Shown piece after piece: positions 19,293 through 29,233 of a stretch of 39,628 nucleotides of DNA. Numbering within the stretch: position 1 is the stretch's first letter; the number at the start of each line of letters is the position of its first letter. Position numbers and translations under genes: made by a program. The DNA is from Candidatus Faecisoma merdavium (GTDB lineage Bacteria; Bacillota_I; Bacilli_A; RF39; UBA660): positions 1 through 39,628 of the forward strand of contig DVJX01000048.1 of assembly GCA_018716405.1 (NCBI GenBank). Reading direction: 5' to 3'. Under the pieces are notes generated by a model that had not been told where the DNA came from, searched no databases, and saw nothing but the letters and a program-made list of their open reading frames with translations.

Positions 19293-19989
19293 CGAATACA
19301 AAAGTTATTTATATTTAAAATTATTTTTAAGTATTATTCATGATGATAATATGATTGATGATATTAAAAATAACTATTATGTTAATTATATAATGGATCC
19401 TGATTTTGTTGAAACATTTAATTATTTAACAATAGAATTTGCTAAAGACAATATTTTAACTGATGAAGCAAAAGAAAGAATTTTCCGCCTAATTTCATAT
19501 TTTAGATTTAATGTAAAGTATAAAGATAAAGAAGCTAAAAGTTATTATTATAAAATGTTTAACGAAATGATATCAGCATTAAATTGTAGTAATGGGGAAA
19601 ATAGTGATGAATATTATTATTTAGAAACAATAAAAAGGTATGAAATTAAAAGTGCAATTAGAATGGAAAAATTTATGCAATTAAAAAATTTTGTAATATC
19701 ATCTATTGGTTCAGATTTTAATTTTTTAGAATTGTTTTCAGATAGATTATCTGATAAAACATTTAAAGAAGAAGTCCATAAATTGGTAAATAATAAAATA
19801 TTTTTTCTTTCGTTGAATGCTATTTTATGTGAGTATCCAGATTTATTAAGTCAAGATATATTTAAAAATAGACTCAAAATTTTACTTGAATTAAATAAAG
19901 GTGATAAACTATTATTATCAAAAAATGATTTAGAAACAAAAGCATTTGTTTTAAAAAATAATTTTAAATATAAAAAATACATCAATTAA
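19285..19989 (+). CDS. Hypothetical protein
   Basis: 234-aa ORF with GAGGTG RBS overlapping the lon stop; no recognised motif. Confidence 0.75.
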   Translation: MTDEYKSYLYLKLFLSIIHDDNMIDDIKNNYYVNYIMDPDFVETFNYLTIEFAKDNILTDEAKERIFRLISYFRFNVKYKDKEAKSYYYKMFNEMISALNCSNGENSDEYYYLETIKRYEIKSAIRMEKFMQLKNFVISSIGSDFNFLELFSDRLSDKTFKEEVHKLVNNKIFFLSLNAILCEYPDLLSQDIFKNRLKILLELNKGDKLLLSKNDLETKAFVLKNNFKYKKYIN

Positions 19990-21640
19990 CTGATGTATTT
20001 TTGTTTTTTATTTCCATGATAACAGGTAAAATTATAGGATTTCTACCAGTTTTATTATAAATATAATCTGATAATTCAGAAATAATTATTGATTTAAATT
20101 CTGATGTATTTTTATTTTGAATAATATTTAATGTTTTATTTTCTATATCATGCAATAATTCCATATTATCATTTACTAAAACAAAACCACGAGTAGTAAC
20201 AGTTGGATTACTAATTAATTTATTATTTTTTAACGGTATTGTAATAATAACTATACCATCTTGGCTCATTGCTTTTCTTTCTTTCATTACAACATTATTA
20301 ATATCCCCAATTTTATTACCATCTACATAAGAATTTCCTGTTTCAATCTTTTCACCTATTTTTATTTTACCATTTTTAAGTTCTAGAGTATCCCCATTAC
20401 TTAATACGAAAGTATTTTGCTTTGGAATATCACACATAATACCAATATCTGCGTGTTTTTTAAGCATTCTATATTCTCCATGAACAGGCATAAAATATTT
20501 AGGTTTAATTAATCTTATCATTAATTTTAATTCTTCTTCACTAGCATGACCAGATGTATGAACATCTGATAATGATGTATTTGTATATACTTTAACACCT
20601 TTTAAATATAATTTGTTGATTGTTCTAGAAATACTTACAGCATTGCCAGGAATTGTAGAAGAAGAAAATATAACAGTATCATTTCCTTTTAATTTTATTT
20701 GTCTATGATTTCCATTTGCAATTCTACTCAAAGCAGCAAGTGGTTCTCCTTGTGAACCGGTACATAATAAACATACTTTATGATCAGGCATACTATTTGC
20801 TTCTTCAGGCGTTATAAATATTTCTTTATTTTTTATGTATCCGCCTTCTATAGATATTTCGATATTATTGTTCATACTACGACCAAAAATAGCTATTTTT
20901 CTATTATTTCTTTTACATGTATCAACAATATGTTTAAGTCTATAAATATTAGAAGCAAATGTTGCAATAATAATTCTACCATGATGTTTTTTGAAAATAT
21001 CAGATAATGCTTCATCAACTTTTGATTCACTAATTGAAAATCCAGAATTTAATGCATTTGTACTATCACTGAATAGTAAAGTAACGCCTTTTTTTCCTAT
21101 TTCAGCCATTTTGTGAATATTAGCCATAGGTCCAATTGGTGTTAAATCAAATTTAAAATCTCCAGTAGTTACAATGTTTCCATTAGGTGTATGAATACAT
21201 ATTCCATGACTATCTGGAATAGAGTGTGTTGTCATAAAAAATTCAACCATCATATGTTTAAATTTAATTTTTGATTGTTCATTATAAACAAATAAATTTT
21301 TATATTGAATTTTTCTTTCTTCTAATTTTCTTTTAATCAAACCAATTGCTTGATTAGGAGCATATATGAATGGAATATTTACATTTTGTAATAAAAATGG
21401 AATAGCTCCTATATGATCTTCATGACCATGAGTTATAAATAAAGCTTTAATTTTTCGTTCATTTTTTTTCAAAAAGGTAAAATCAGGTATTATATAATCA
21501 ACGCCTATAACATCATCAGGAAAAGTAACTCCAGCGTCTATTATGATTATTTCATTTTCATGCATTACGCAGTACATGTTTTTTCCAACTTCGCCTAAGC
21601 CACCTAAAGCAAACACTTTAGTTACACTTTCTTTAAACAT
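19982..21640 (-). CDS. rnj: Ribonuclease J
   Basis: LGGLGEVGKN, THGHEDH, HSIPD, GDFK, GSQGEP, HTSGH, PVHGE. Start moved to ATG 21640 after AGGAGG. Confidence 0.96.
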   Translation of the reverse strand: MFKESVTKVFALGGLGEVGKNMYCVMHENEIIIIDAGVTFPDDVIGVDYIIPDFTFLKKNERKIKALFITHGHEDHIGAIPFLLQNVNIPFIYAPNQAIGLIKRKLEERKIQYKNLFVYNEQSKIKFKHMMVEFFMTTHSIPDSHGICIHTPNGNIVTTGDFKFDLTPIGPMANIHKMAEIGKKGVTLLFSDSTNALNSGFSISESKVDEALSDIFKKHHGRIIIATFASNIYRLKHIVDTCKRNNRKIAIFGRSMNNNIEISIEGGYIKNKEIFITPEEANSMPDHKVCLLCTGSQGEPLAALSRIANGNHRQIKLKGNDTVIFSSSTIPGNAVSISRTINKLYLKGVKVYTNTSLSDVHTSGHASEEELKLMIRLIKPKYFMPVHGEYRMLKKHADIGIMCDIPKQNTFVLSNGDTLELKNGKIKIGEKIETGNSYVDGNKIGDINNVVMKERKAMSQDGIVIITIPLKNNKLISNPTVTTRGFVLVNDNMELLHDIENKTLNIIQNKNTSEFKSIIISELSDYIYNKTGRNPIILPVIMEIKNKNTSVN

Positions 21641-21673
21641 AATTTCCTCCTTTCTTAAGAATTTGACTTTATA

Positions 21674-21702
21674 ATTATACATTGTTTAGTCATTTTTGTC
21701 AA
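21674..21702 (-). promoter_or_regulatory. SigA promoter of rnj
   Basis: Minus strand TTGACA-N17-TATAAT, a perfect consensus. Confidence 0.8.
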
Positions 21703-21754
21703 AAAAAATATACACCGTTATTTTTTTATGCTATAATTTTATTGGGTGAGATAT

Positions 21755-22726
21755 ATGGGATTATTTGATAAATTTAAAAATATATTTACAAATAAAAAAG
21801 AAGCTGTAGCTTATCAAGAAGGATTAGAAAAAACAAGCAAAGAATTTGTTAATAAAATTAATTTATTAAGTAATAAATATAAAAAAGTAAGTGAGGAATA
21901 TTTTGAAGAATTAGAAGAAATATTTATTATGGCTGATATTGGCGTTGAGACTGTTATTAAATTTATTGATAAATTAAAAAGAAGAGTAAAAAAAGAAAAT
22001 ATAGTTGATTCTAAGGATTTAATGGATATTATAATAGATGAAATGTTTATTATATATGTTAATAATGACATTATTGTTAATAAAATCAATTATGTAGAAA
22101 ATGGACCAACTGTTATATTATTTGTTGGTGTTAATGGAGTAGGGAAAACTACTAGTATAGGTAAAATTGCTTATAAATTAAAAAATCAAGGTAAAAAAGT
22201 ATTATTAGTAGCTGGGGATACTTTTAGAGCAGGTGCAGTTGAACAAATAATTGAATGGGGTAATAAGACTAATTGTGATGTCGTTTATAGCGATAATAAA
22301 GATGCATCCAGTGTTATATATGATGGATTAGAAAAAGCAAAAAAAGAAAATTATGATGTTGTTTTGATTGATACAGCAGGAAGACTTCAAAATAAAGTTA
22401 ATTTAATGAACGAATTAGATAAAATAAATAAAGTAATTGGTAAATTAATACCGAACGCTCCTCATGAAACACTACTAGTTATTGATGCAACAACAGGTCA
22501 AAATGGTATTAGTCAAGCAAAAAGTTTTAAAGAAATAACTAATATAACTGGAATTGTATTAACTAAATTAGATGGAACTGCAAAAGGTGGAATAGTTTTA
22601 GCAATAAAGGAAAATGTTGGAATACCAGTTAAATTTATTGGATTGGGTGAAAAAGAAGAAGATTTAAGAGTCTTTGATATTGAAAAATATATATATGGAT
22701 TATTTGGAGGTAGTCATGAAAAATAA
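21755..22726 (+). CDS. ftsY: SRP receptor FtsY (NG domains only)
   Basis: GVNGVGKTT, DTFRAGA, DTAGR, DATTGQN, TKLDGTAKGG. Confidence 0.97.
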   Translation: MGLFDKFKNIFTNKKEAVAYQEGLEKTSKEFVNKINLLSNKYKKVSEEYFEELEEIFIMADIGVETVIKFIDKLKRRVKKENIVDSKDLMDIIIDEMFIIYVNNDIIVNKINYVENGPTVILFVGVNGVGKTTSIGKIAYKLKNQGKKVLLVAGDTFRAGAVEQIIEWGNKTNCDVVYSDNKDASSVIYDGLEKAKKENYDVVLIDTAGRLQNKVNLMNELDKINKVIGKLIPNAPHETLLVIDATTGQNGISQAKSFKEITNITGIVLTKLDGTAKGGIVLAIKENVGIPVKFIGLGEKEEDLRVFDIEKYIYGLFGGSHEK

Positions 22727-22970
22727 ATTAGATATAGATGTTATAGAACAAATAACAATTTTATTACAAATTGCTTTATCTATTTTTTTGATATCTTTTG
22801 GGATTGCTAGTTTTTATGAAAAAGAATTATTTATAATATGTCAAATATTAATAGGACTATTAATGTTTGCAATAGGGTATAATAATCATAAAATATATAA
22901 AAGAAAATATATGACACCTGTTTATTTTGGTCTAGGTATCGTTATAATATTAACATCATTATTTAGTTAA
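22716..22970 (+). CDS. Small membrane protein (about 3 TM)
   Basis: GGAGG RBS before ATG 22716; three hydrophobic segments. Confidence 0.7.
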   Translation: MKNKLDIDVIEQITILLQIALSIFLISFGIASFYEKELFIICQILIGLLMFAIGYNNHKIYKRKYMTPVYFGLGIVIILTSLFS

Positions 22971-22971
22971 T

Positions 22972-23262
22972 ATGGAAAATCAAATATTATTATGTATTTT
23001 ATATGATTATTATGCAGAACTGTTAACACCTAAACAAAGAAATTATTTTAAAGATTATTATTTTGAAAATTTTACACTAAGTGAAATGAGTGAAAATTAT
23101 GATATTAGTAGAAATGCTATTCATAAAAATTTAAAAGAAACAGAAGAAAAATTATTTTATTATGAAGAAAAATTAAAATTATATGAAAAAAATAAAAAAA
23201 TAAAAAAAATCATCTATGAATTAGATGATGATATAAAAAACAAAATATTAGAATTAATTTAA
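22972..23262 (+). CDS. ylxM: YlxM/p13 family SRP-associated protein
   Basis: LYDYYAELLTPKQ, LSEMSE, ISRNAIH, YEEKLKL; downstream of ftsY. Confidence 0.9.
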   Translation: MENQILLCILYDYYAELLTPKQRNYFKDYYFENFTLSEMSENYDISRNAIHKNLKETEEKLFYYEEKLKLYEKNKKIKKIIYELDDDIKNKILELI

Positions 23263-23484
23263 AATTTCTATTTCATTAAATAATTCTTTAACATCAATAT
23301 TTAATGCTTTAGCTATTTTACTAAAAGTATTAAATGTGATGTTTTTAAATTCTTTACCAGATTCTATTTGCTTTATATAAGAAACACTCAAATCAGACTT
23401 TTCAGCTAATTGTTCCTGAGTCATATTTGACTTTAATCTAAAATATTTTATATTTTTTACTAAAATTGTATAATCATTTGACAT
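23254..23484 (-). CDS. XRE-family HTH regulator
   Basis: MTQEQLAEKSDLSVSYIKQIESG...KIAKALNI; GAGGTGA RBS. Confidence 0.9.
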   Translation of the reverse strand: MSNDYTILVKNIKYFRLKSNMTQEQLAEKSDLSVSYIKQIESGKEFKNITFNTFSKIAKALNIDVKELFNEIEILN

Positions 23485-23495
23485 TATATCACCTC

Positions 23496-23574
23496 TTGGT
23501 AAAAATTACCAATTATATTTTCTCATAAATTTTAACATTTTGCAGTACACTATTAGTGCACTTTGTGATATAAT
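23496..23574. promoter_or_regulatory. Divergent control region with two palindromic operators
   Basis: TTGGTAA-AAA-TTACCAA (23496-23512); AGTACACTA-T-TAGTGCACT (23544-23562, one mismatch); TGnTATAAT at 23566-23574; minus-strand TATAAT at 23512-23517. Confidence 0.65.
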
Positions 23575-23594
23575 TAATAACAAGGAGTTGTAAC

Positions 23595-23804
23595 ATGAAC
23601 TTAAAATTAAAAGAAGCAAGAATAAAAAAAGGTTATACTGCTAAATATATGGCAGAACAATTAAATATAAGTAAGCCTTTTTATTCACAATTAGAAAATG
23701 ATAGAAGAACTTTGTCTTATATTATGGCAATCAAAATAGCTGATATTCTAAAAACAAAACCTGATAAATTATTTTATGATGATTTTAAAGAAAGAATGAA
23801 ATAA
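23595..23804 (+). CDS. XRE/Cro-like HTH regulator
   Basis: LKEARIKKG...MAEQLNISKPFYSQLEN...KIADIL; AAGGAG RBS. Confidence 0.9.
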   Translation: MNLKLKEARIKKGYTAKYMAEQLNISKPFYSQLENDRRTLSYIMAIKIADILKTKPDKLFYDDFKERMK

Positions 23805-23862
23805 TTCTTTTTTTTATTTATAAAATATGTTATTATATAGTTTAAGAAATGGAGTTGATGAT

Positions 23863-25116
23863 ATGGTTAATTCATTATTACCTTTAGATAATTTTTATGT
23901 TGTTAATAAAACTATCTTAGATGACCAAGACCGTTTAACTCTAACTCTTTTGTATCAACCAATAATTGGTAGTATTGCTGTTAGTTTATATTTAACTTTA
24001 TGGAGTTTTTTGGATAAAAATAAAATAACTTCTACTAGTAATACACATAATGACTTGGTTGTTAGTATGCAATTAAAATTAGAAGATATTAAAGAAGCAA
24101 AAGATAAATTAGAAGCAATAGGATTAATTAAAACATATTTAAAAAAAGGTGATGTTAATAATTATGTATATGAACTATATGGACCATTATCCGCTTTTGA
24201 ATTTATTAATAATCCAATTTTAAATACTGCTTTATATAATAATATCAATAAAAAAGAATATAAAAGAATAATCGATTCATTTACAATTCCTAAAATAGAT
24301 TTAAAAGATTATAAAAATGTTTCATGTAATTTTAAAGATGTTTTCAGTTTTGTTAGTACTGATAAAATAGAAACTAAAAATATAAAAAAAGTTAATCATT
24401 TAGATTTATCTTTTGAACCGACCATTAATTTTAATGAGTTATTAAGTTTAATCCCAGAAGAAATGCTTAATGTAAGAAGCATATCTAAATCTGATAGAGA
24501 ATTAATTTATCAATTATCATTTATTTATAATTTAAATAATGAAGCAATGAGTGAAGTATTAAGAAATAGTATTGTTGATAGAAAAATAGACATGGAAGTG
24601 TTAAAACAAAATTGTCGTAGTTTTTATAAATTTGAACACAAAGGAAAAATACCTAAAATAGTATTTCAAGATGATGTTTCTTCGTTTAAAGAAATTAATA
24701 CAAGAAAAGATAAATTAATTAATCAATTTGAAACAACTAATCCTTATGAATTTTTGGCTTTAAAACAAGACTCTAAACCTACTGTTAAAGATTTGGAAAT
24801 AATTGAATATTTAATGATTGAGCAAAAATTAAACCCAGGAGTAATAAATGTTTTAATTGATTATGTTTTAAAAATAAATAATAATAAATTAGTAAGAGGA
24901 TTTGTTGAACAAATAGCTGTTCAATGGAAAAGAAGTAAAATTGAAACAGTATCTGATGCAATGGAATTTGCTTTAAAAGAATATGATCAAAAAAACACTA
25001 AAAAAGTTAAAGTTACTAAAAAAGAAAAAATTCCTAATTGGGTTAATCAAGATGTACAAGAAGAAATGTTATCCGATGAAGAATTAAAACAATTTGAAAG
25101 TGAGTTGGGTAGATGA
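23863..25116 (+). CDS. dnaB: Firmicute helicase-loader/replication initiation protein DnaB
   Basis: LYQPIIG, LEAIGL, LNPGVINVLIDY, IAVQW; overlaps dnaI. Start chosen after GGAG. Confidence 0.9.
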   Translation: MVNSLLPLDNFYVVNKTILDDQDRLTLTLLYQPIIGSIAVSLYLTLWSFLDKNKITSTSNTHNDLVVSMQLKLEDIKEAKDKLEAIGLIKTYLKKGDVNNYVYELYGPLSAFEFINNPILNTALYNNINKKEYKRIIDSFTIPKIDLKDYKNVSCNFKDVFSFVSTDKIETKNIKKVNHLDLSFEPTINFNELLSLIPEEMLNVRSISKSDRELIYQLSFIYNLNNEAMSEVLRNSIVDRKIDMEVLKQNCRSFYKFEHKGKIPKIVFQDDVSSFKEINTRKDKLINQFETTNPYEFLALKQDSKPTVKDLEIIEYLMIEQKLNPGVINVLIDYVLKINNNKLVRGFVEQIAVQWKRSKIETVSDAMEFALKEYDQKNTKKVKVTKKEKIPNWVNQDVQEEMLSDEELKQFESELGR

Positions 25117-26003
25117 TAAGATTAAGTGATAATATAAAATGTGATATGGATGATTTAAAAAAATCGTATAATGAAGCATTAAAAAATAAAGATTTTAAAG
25201 ATTTTATTAGTAAATTAAAATCTGATGATAATGTGTTAATGAAATATACATCAACATTAGAGGAGTGTAGCCTAGAATATAATAACTGTTTAAATTGTAA
25301 GGGATTAAAAGAATGTCAAAATCAATTAAAAGGATATGCTTACCTACCTAAAGTAGTTGGTAAAAATATAACATTTCATTTCAAACCTTGTAAATATAAA
25401 TTAAATAATGATAAAAAATATGCTTATTCTAAAAATGTAAAATATTATAATTTGCCTAAAAGCTATTTAGATGCAACATGGGATAAGGTAGATAAAAGAC
25501 TAGTTAGTAGAAAAGAAACAATTATTTGGTTAAATAATTTTATTAATAATCCAACTAATAAAGGATTATATTTAACTGGCAATTTTGGCTGTGGAAAAAC
25601 ATTTTTAGTTGTAGCTACATTTAACGAATTAGCTAAAAAAAATATTAAAAGTGCAATTATATTTTGGCCAGAATTTTTAAGAGATTTAAAGTCATCATTT
25701 GAAACTGATTATGAAGAAAAAATGGAATATGTTAAAAATGTGCCTTTATTATTGATTGATGATTTAGGTGCAGAAACGGCTACATCTTGGTCAAGAGATG
25801 AAATATTATGTCCAATATTACAACATCGTATGGATAATAATTTATCTACTTTTATAACATCTAATTTACCAATTGATTCTTTAGAACAACACTTATCACA
25901 GACTAAAGATGGAGTAGAATTAATTAAAGCAAAAAGAATAATTGAAAGAATTAAACATTTAACTGATGAAATAGAAATGATTAGTAAAAATATGAGAAAC
26001 TGA
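25113..26003 (+). CDS. dnaI: Primosomal helicase loader DnaI
   Basis: N-terminal Cys cluster, GLYLTGNFGCGKT, IDDLGAE, WSRDEIL, TFITSN. Confidence 0.95.
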   Translation: MIRLSDNIKCDMDDLKKSYNEALKNKDFKDFISKLKSDDNVLMKYTSTLEECSLEYNNCLNCKGLKECQNQLKGYAYLPKVVGKNITFHFKPCKYKLNNDKKYAYSKNVKYYNLPKSYLDATWDKVDKRLVSRKETIIWLNNFINNPTNKGLYLTGNFGCGKTFLVVATFNELAKKNIKSAIIFWPEFLRDLKSSFETDYEEKMEYVKNVPLLLIDDLGAETATSWSRDEILCPILQHRMDNNLSTFITSNLPIDSLEQHLSQTKDGVELIKAKRIIERIKHLTDEIEMISKNMRN

Positions 26004-26075
26004 TATTTGTAAATGTAATTTGACTTAGTTTTAGTTTTAATGTATTATACTTAACAATATGTATGGGGGATTTGT

Positions 26076-27194
26076 ATGAAAAATATTTTTATTAGTGAAA
26101 TGCATGAAAAAGATGTTGAAAATTTTACTTCTGATTTTGGATTGTTTTTAAGACGTGTATCTGATAAACCATTTAAACATATGTGTAATTTATTTACTAA
26201 TGCTAATATTATTTATCAAAACTATGGTAAGGGATTGTCAGATGAAGAATATTTTAGAAATTTAACTAATATATATGAGCCTTTAAATAATAAAAATATT
26301 AGTCCAGACAAGAACAATATTATTGTTGAAAGATATCCAGAATTAGATGATGAGCCATATATTTTTGTGTGCAATCATACCACACCAGAAGATATAGAAA
26401 CTGTTTTAAATATAATAGATAGAAATGCTTATTTAGTTTTAGGGTCAATAGAATCTTTAAAATACAATCCTGAAATGTATTTAACTTGGTTAAATGGTAT
26501 GATTCCATTTGATATTTTAGATGATAATCAAAGAAAAATTGTTTTAGAAAAGATGATTAGAGTTTTAAAAACTAACAGTATATTAATTTTCCCTGAAGGA
26601 TCTCATAATTATAGTCCTAATAATTTGGTTAATAAATTGTTTACAGGCCCTGTGAATTTATCTTTAAAAACAGGAAGAAAAATTGTTATAATAACAATGA
26701 TAAAAGATTTTGAAAATAATATTTCTTATATTGATGTAGGAAATCCAATTGATTTAAATAATATAAATTTGTTTGAAGAATTAAAAAAACAATCAGAAAA
26801 AGATTATGTTGAAGAATTAACTGCTTATATTAGGGATAAAATGGCTACTGCTGTTTACTATTTAATTTCAAGACATTTTAAACAATTAAAAAAGAATGAT
26901 TATAAAAATATTGAAGAATATTTAAGAATGAAAAAAATAAAGTATGCTTTTGAAAAGTTGAAGTGGAATCATGATGTTTTTGATGCTGAATATTTGATTA
27001 GGAAAACAAAAGAAGATAGAGAATATGAAGATATATTAGAAAGTATGGTAAATTTAACTTTAAATCCTAATGCTCATATAGGTGGAAATAAATATTGGAT
27101 TTTAAAGTTAATTGATTATTTAAATAAAGATACTATATATCGTATGAGAGAGTATTGGCAGGAATCAAATAAAGTTTTAAGAAAAGTTAAATAG
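26076..27194 (+). CDS. PlsC-like (lysophospholipid) acyltransferase with long extensions
   Basis: IFVCNHTTPED (NHxxxxD) and LIFPEG motifs. Confidence 0.8.
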   Translation: MKNIFISEMHEKDVENFTSDFGLFLRRVSDKPFKHMCNLFTNANIIYQNYGKGLSDEEYFRNLTNIYEPLNNKNISPDKNNIIVERYPELDDEPYIFVCNHTTPEDIETVLNIIDRNAYLVLGSIESLKYNPEMYLTWLNGMIPFDILDDNQRKIVLEKMIRVLKTNSILIFPEGSHNYSPNNLVNKLFTGPVNLSLKTGRKIVIITMIKDFENNISYIDVGNPIDLNNINLFEELKKQSEKDYVEELTAYIRDKMATAVYYLISRHFKQLKKNDYKNIEEYLRMKKIKYAFEKLKWNHDVFDAEYLIRKTKEDREYEDILESMVNLTLNPNAHIGGNKYWILKLIDYLNKDTIYRMREYWQESNKVLRKVK

Positions 27195-27244
27195 TATTAA
27201 TTTTTCTTTTTTTTATGGTACAATATACTTAAGGTGGTGTAATT

Positions 27245-29137
27245 ATGATTGAGTTTGAAATACCTTTTGTTTGCTTAATATTTACTCTTCTTATTGCTAT
27301 AGTATTTTTTAAAAAGAAAAAAGTAAAACTAGAAGAAAATTATTATTATAAAAATGTGTTAATTTTTACCTTATTGGTTAATATAACAAATTTTGTTTCA
27401 CATTATGGTGCAAGTATATATTTAGTTGATAATGTAAATCATTGGTATGCTAATATATTTGCTCTTATAAATAAATTAGGATCATTATTTATTGTTATAA
27501 TTACATTTAATGTTTTGTGTTATATTTTATACATAAGTTTTAAAAATTATCGAAAAAAATTTAAATTGTATAAAGTTATAAATTATATTTTTTATTTTAT
27601 TGTTGGTATTTTAATTTTTATATTAGATTTTAAAGTTATTAAACAAGGAGAAATAACGAGTGGTACTGGTAGTTCTGTTATGTTTTCTTTTGGTATAGTA
27701 TTTTTCAACCTATTTGTATCGTTTATTATTTCGCTAATAAATATTAAAAAATTTGATAAAAGATATTATTCAATATTTATAATCATTCCAATAATATTTT
27801 TATTAGGATTATTTGTTTTATATCATCCAGAATTTAATATATATGACTTAATATTGTGTTTATTATGTTATCTTATGTACTTTACTATTGAAAATCCTGA
27901 TTTGAAAACTATTATCGAGTTAAATATGGCTAAGGAAAATGCTGAGAAAGCTAATCGAGCAAAATCTGATTTTTTATCAAGCATGAGTCATGAAATAAGA
28001 ACGCCTTTAAATGCTATTGTTGGGTTATCTGAGGATATTGCCACTTACAAAGATAAGTTGCCACTAGAAGTACATGATGATATTGAAGATATTAAATCTG
28101 CTTCTCAAACTTTACTTGAAATAATTGGAAATATATTGGACATAAATAAAATTGAATCAGAAAAAATGGAAATAATTGAAGTTCCATACAATTTTAAAGA
28201 AGAAATTATAAGTATGTGTCGTGTAACTATAACTAAAATAGATGGAAAAGATATAAAATTTAAATTAAACATAGCTGATGATATTCCATATGAATTAATT
28301 GGAGATAAAGTTCGCATTAAACAAATTATTAATAATCTGTTAAGTAATTCTATAAAATATACTTTAAAAGGCGAAATTAATTTAAATGTAAAATGTATTA
28401 ATAATTATGAAAAAAAGTTTACAACTTTAATAATATCATGTCAAGATACAGGAAGGGGAATAAAACCAGAATATATTAATAAATTATTTGATAAATTTGA
28501 AAGATTAGATGTAGAAAAAAATACTACCGTTGAAGGGACAGGCTTAGGACTTGCAATAACAAAAAAATTAGTTGAAATGATGGGTGGAAAAATTAACGTT
28601 CAATCACAATATAATATAGGCTCAATATTTATAGTTCAAATACCACAAAAAATTAGTTTGATTGAAAAACCGATATCTGAAAAAGATTTAGATGTACAAA
28701 ATATTAATCAAATTAATATATTAAAAAATGATGAAACTAAAATTCCTACACCATCACAAAATGGTAATAAAAAAATTCTTATAGTAGATGATAATAAATT
28801 AAATATTAAGGTTGCTATCAAATTATTAAAAGATTTTAATTATGAAATAGATTCATGTTATGATGGAATTGAGTGTTTAAAAAAAATTGAAGATGGAAAT
28901 ATATATGATTTGATATTAATGGATATTATGATGCCAAATATGAATGGTGAGGAATGTCTTTTAAAATTAAAAGGACTAGATTCATTTAAAACACCAGTTA
29001 TTGCTTTAACTGCTGATGCGATATCTGGTGCAGAACAAAAATATAAATCACTTGGATTTATTGATTATATTTCTAAACCATTTTCCAAAGAACAGATAAA
29101 AAATAAATTAGATAAAATATTTAATGATAGTAATTAA
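27245..29137 (+). CDS. Hybrid sensor histidine kinase/response regulator
   Basis: About 7 TM segments; [10 protein letters not shown]-box; [15 protein letters not shown] and GTGLGL boxes; receiver IVDD...LMDIMMP...SKP. Confidence 0.95.
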   Translation: MIEFEIPFVCLIFTLLIAIVFFKKKKVKLEENYYYKNVLIFTLLVNITNFVSHYGASIYLVDNVNHWYANIFALINKLGSLFIVIITFNVLCYILYISFKNYRKKFKLYKVINYIFYFIVGILIFILDFKVIKQGEITSGTGSSVMFSFGIVFFNLFVSFIISLINIKKFDKRYYSIFIIIPIIFLLGLFVLYHPEFNIYDLILCLLCYLMYFTIENPDLKTIIELNMAKENAEKANRAKSDFLSSMSHEIRTPLNAIVGLSEDIATYKDKLPLEVHDDIEDIKSASQTLLEIIGNILDINKIESEKMEIIEVPYNFKEEIISMCRVTITKIDGKDIKFKLNIADDIPYELIGDKVRIKQIINNLLSNSIKYTLKGEINLNVKCINNYEKKFTTLIISCQDTGRGIKPEYINKLFDKFERLDVEKNTTVEGTGLGLAITKKLVEMMGGKINVQSQYNIGSIFIVQIPQKISLIEKPISEKDLDVQNINQINILKNDETKIPTPSQNGNKKILIVDDNKLNIKVAIKLLKDFNYEIDSCYDGIECLKKIEDGNIYDLILMDIMMPNMNGEECLLKLKGLDSFKTPVIALTADAISGAEQKYKSLGFIDYISKPFSKEQIKNKLDKIFNDSN

Positions 29138-29233
29138 TAAAAATGGATATTTAATTTGGGTATTTCTAATAAAAATGCCTTTTTATATGGTATAATAACT
29201 ATTGTTATTTATGATTATATGAGGTGGTAAAAA

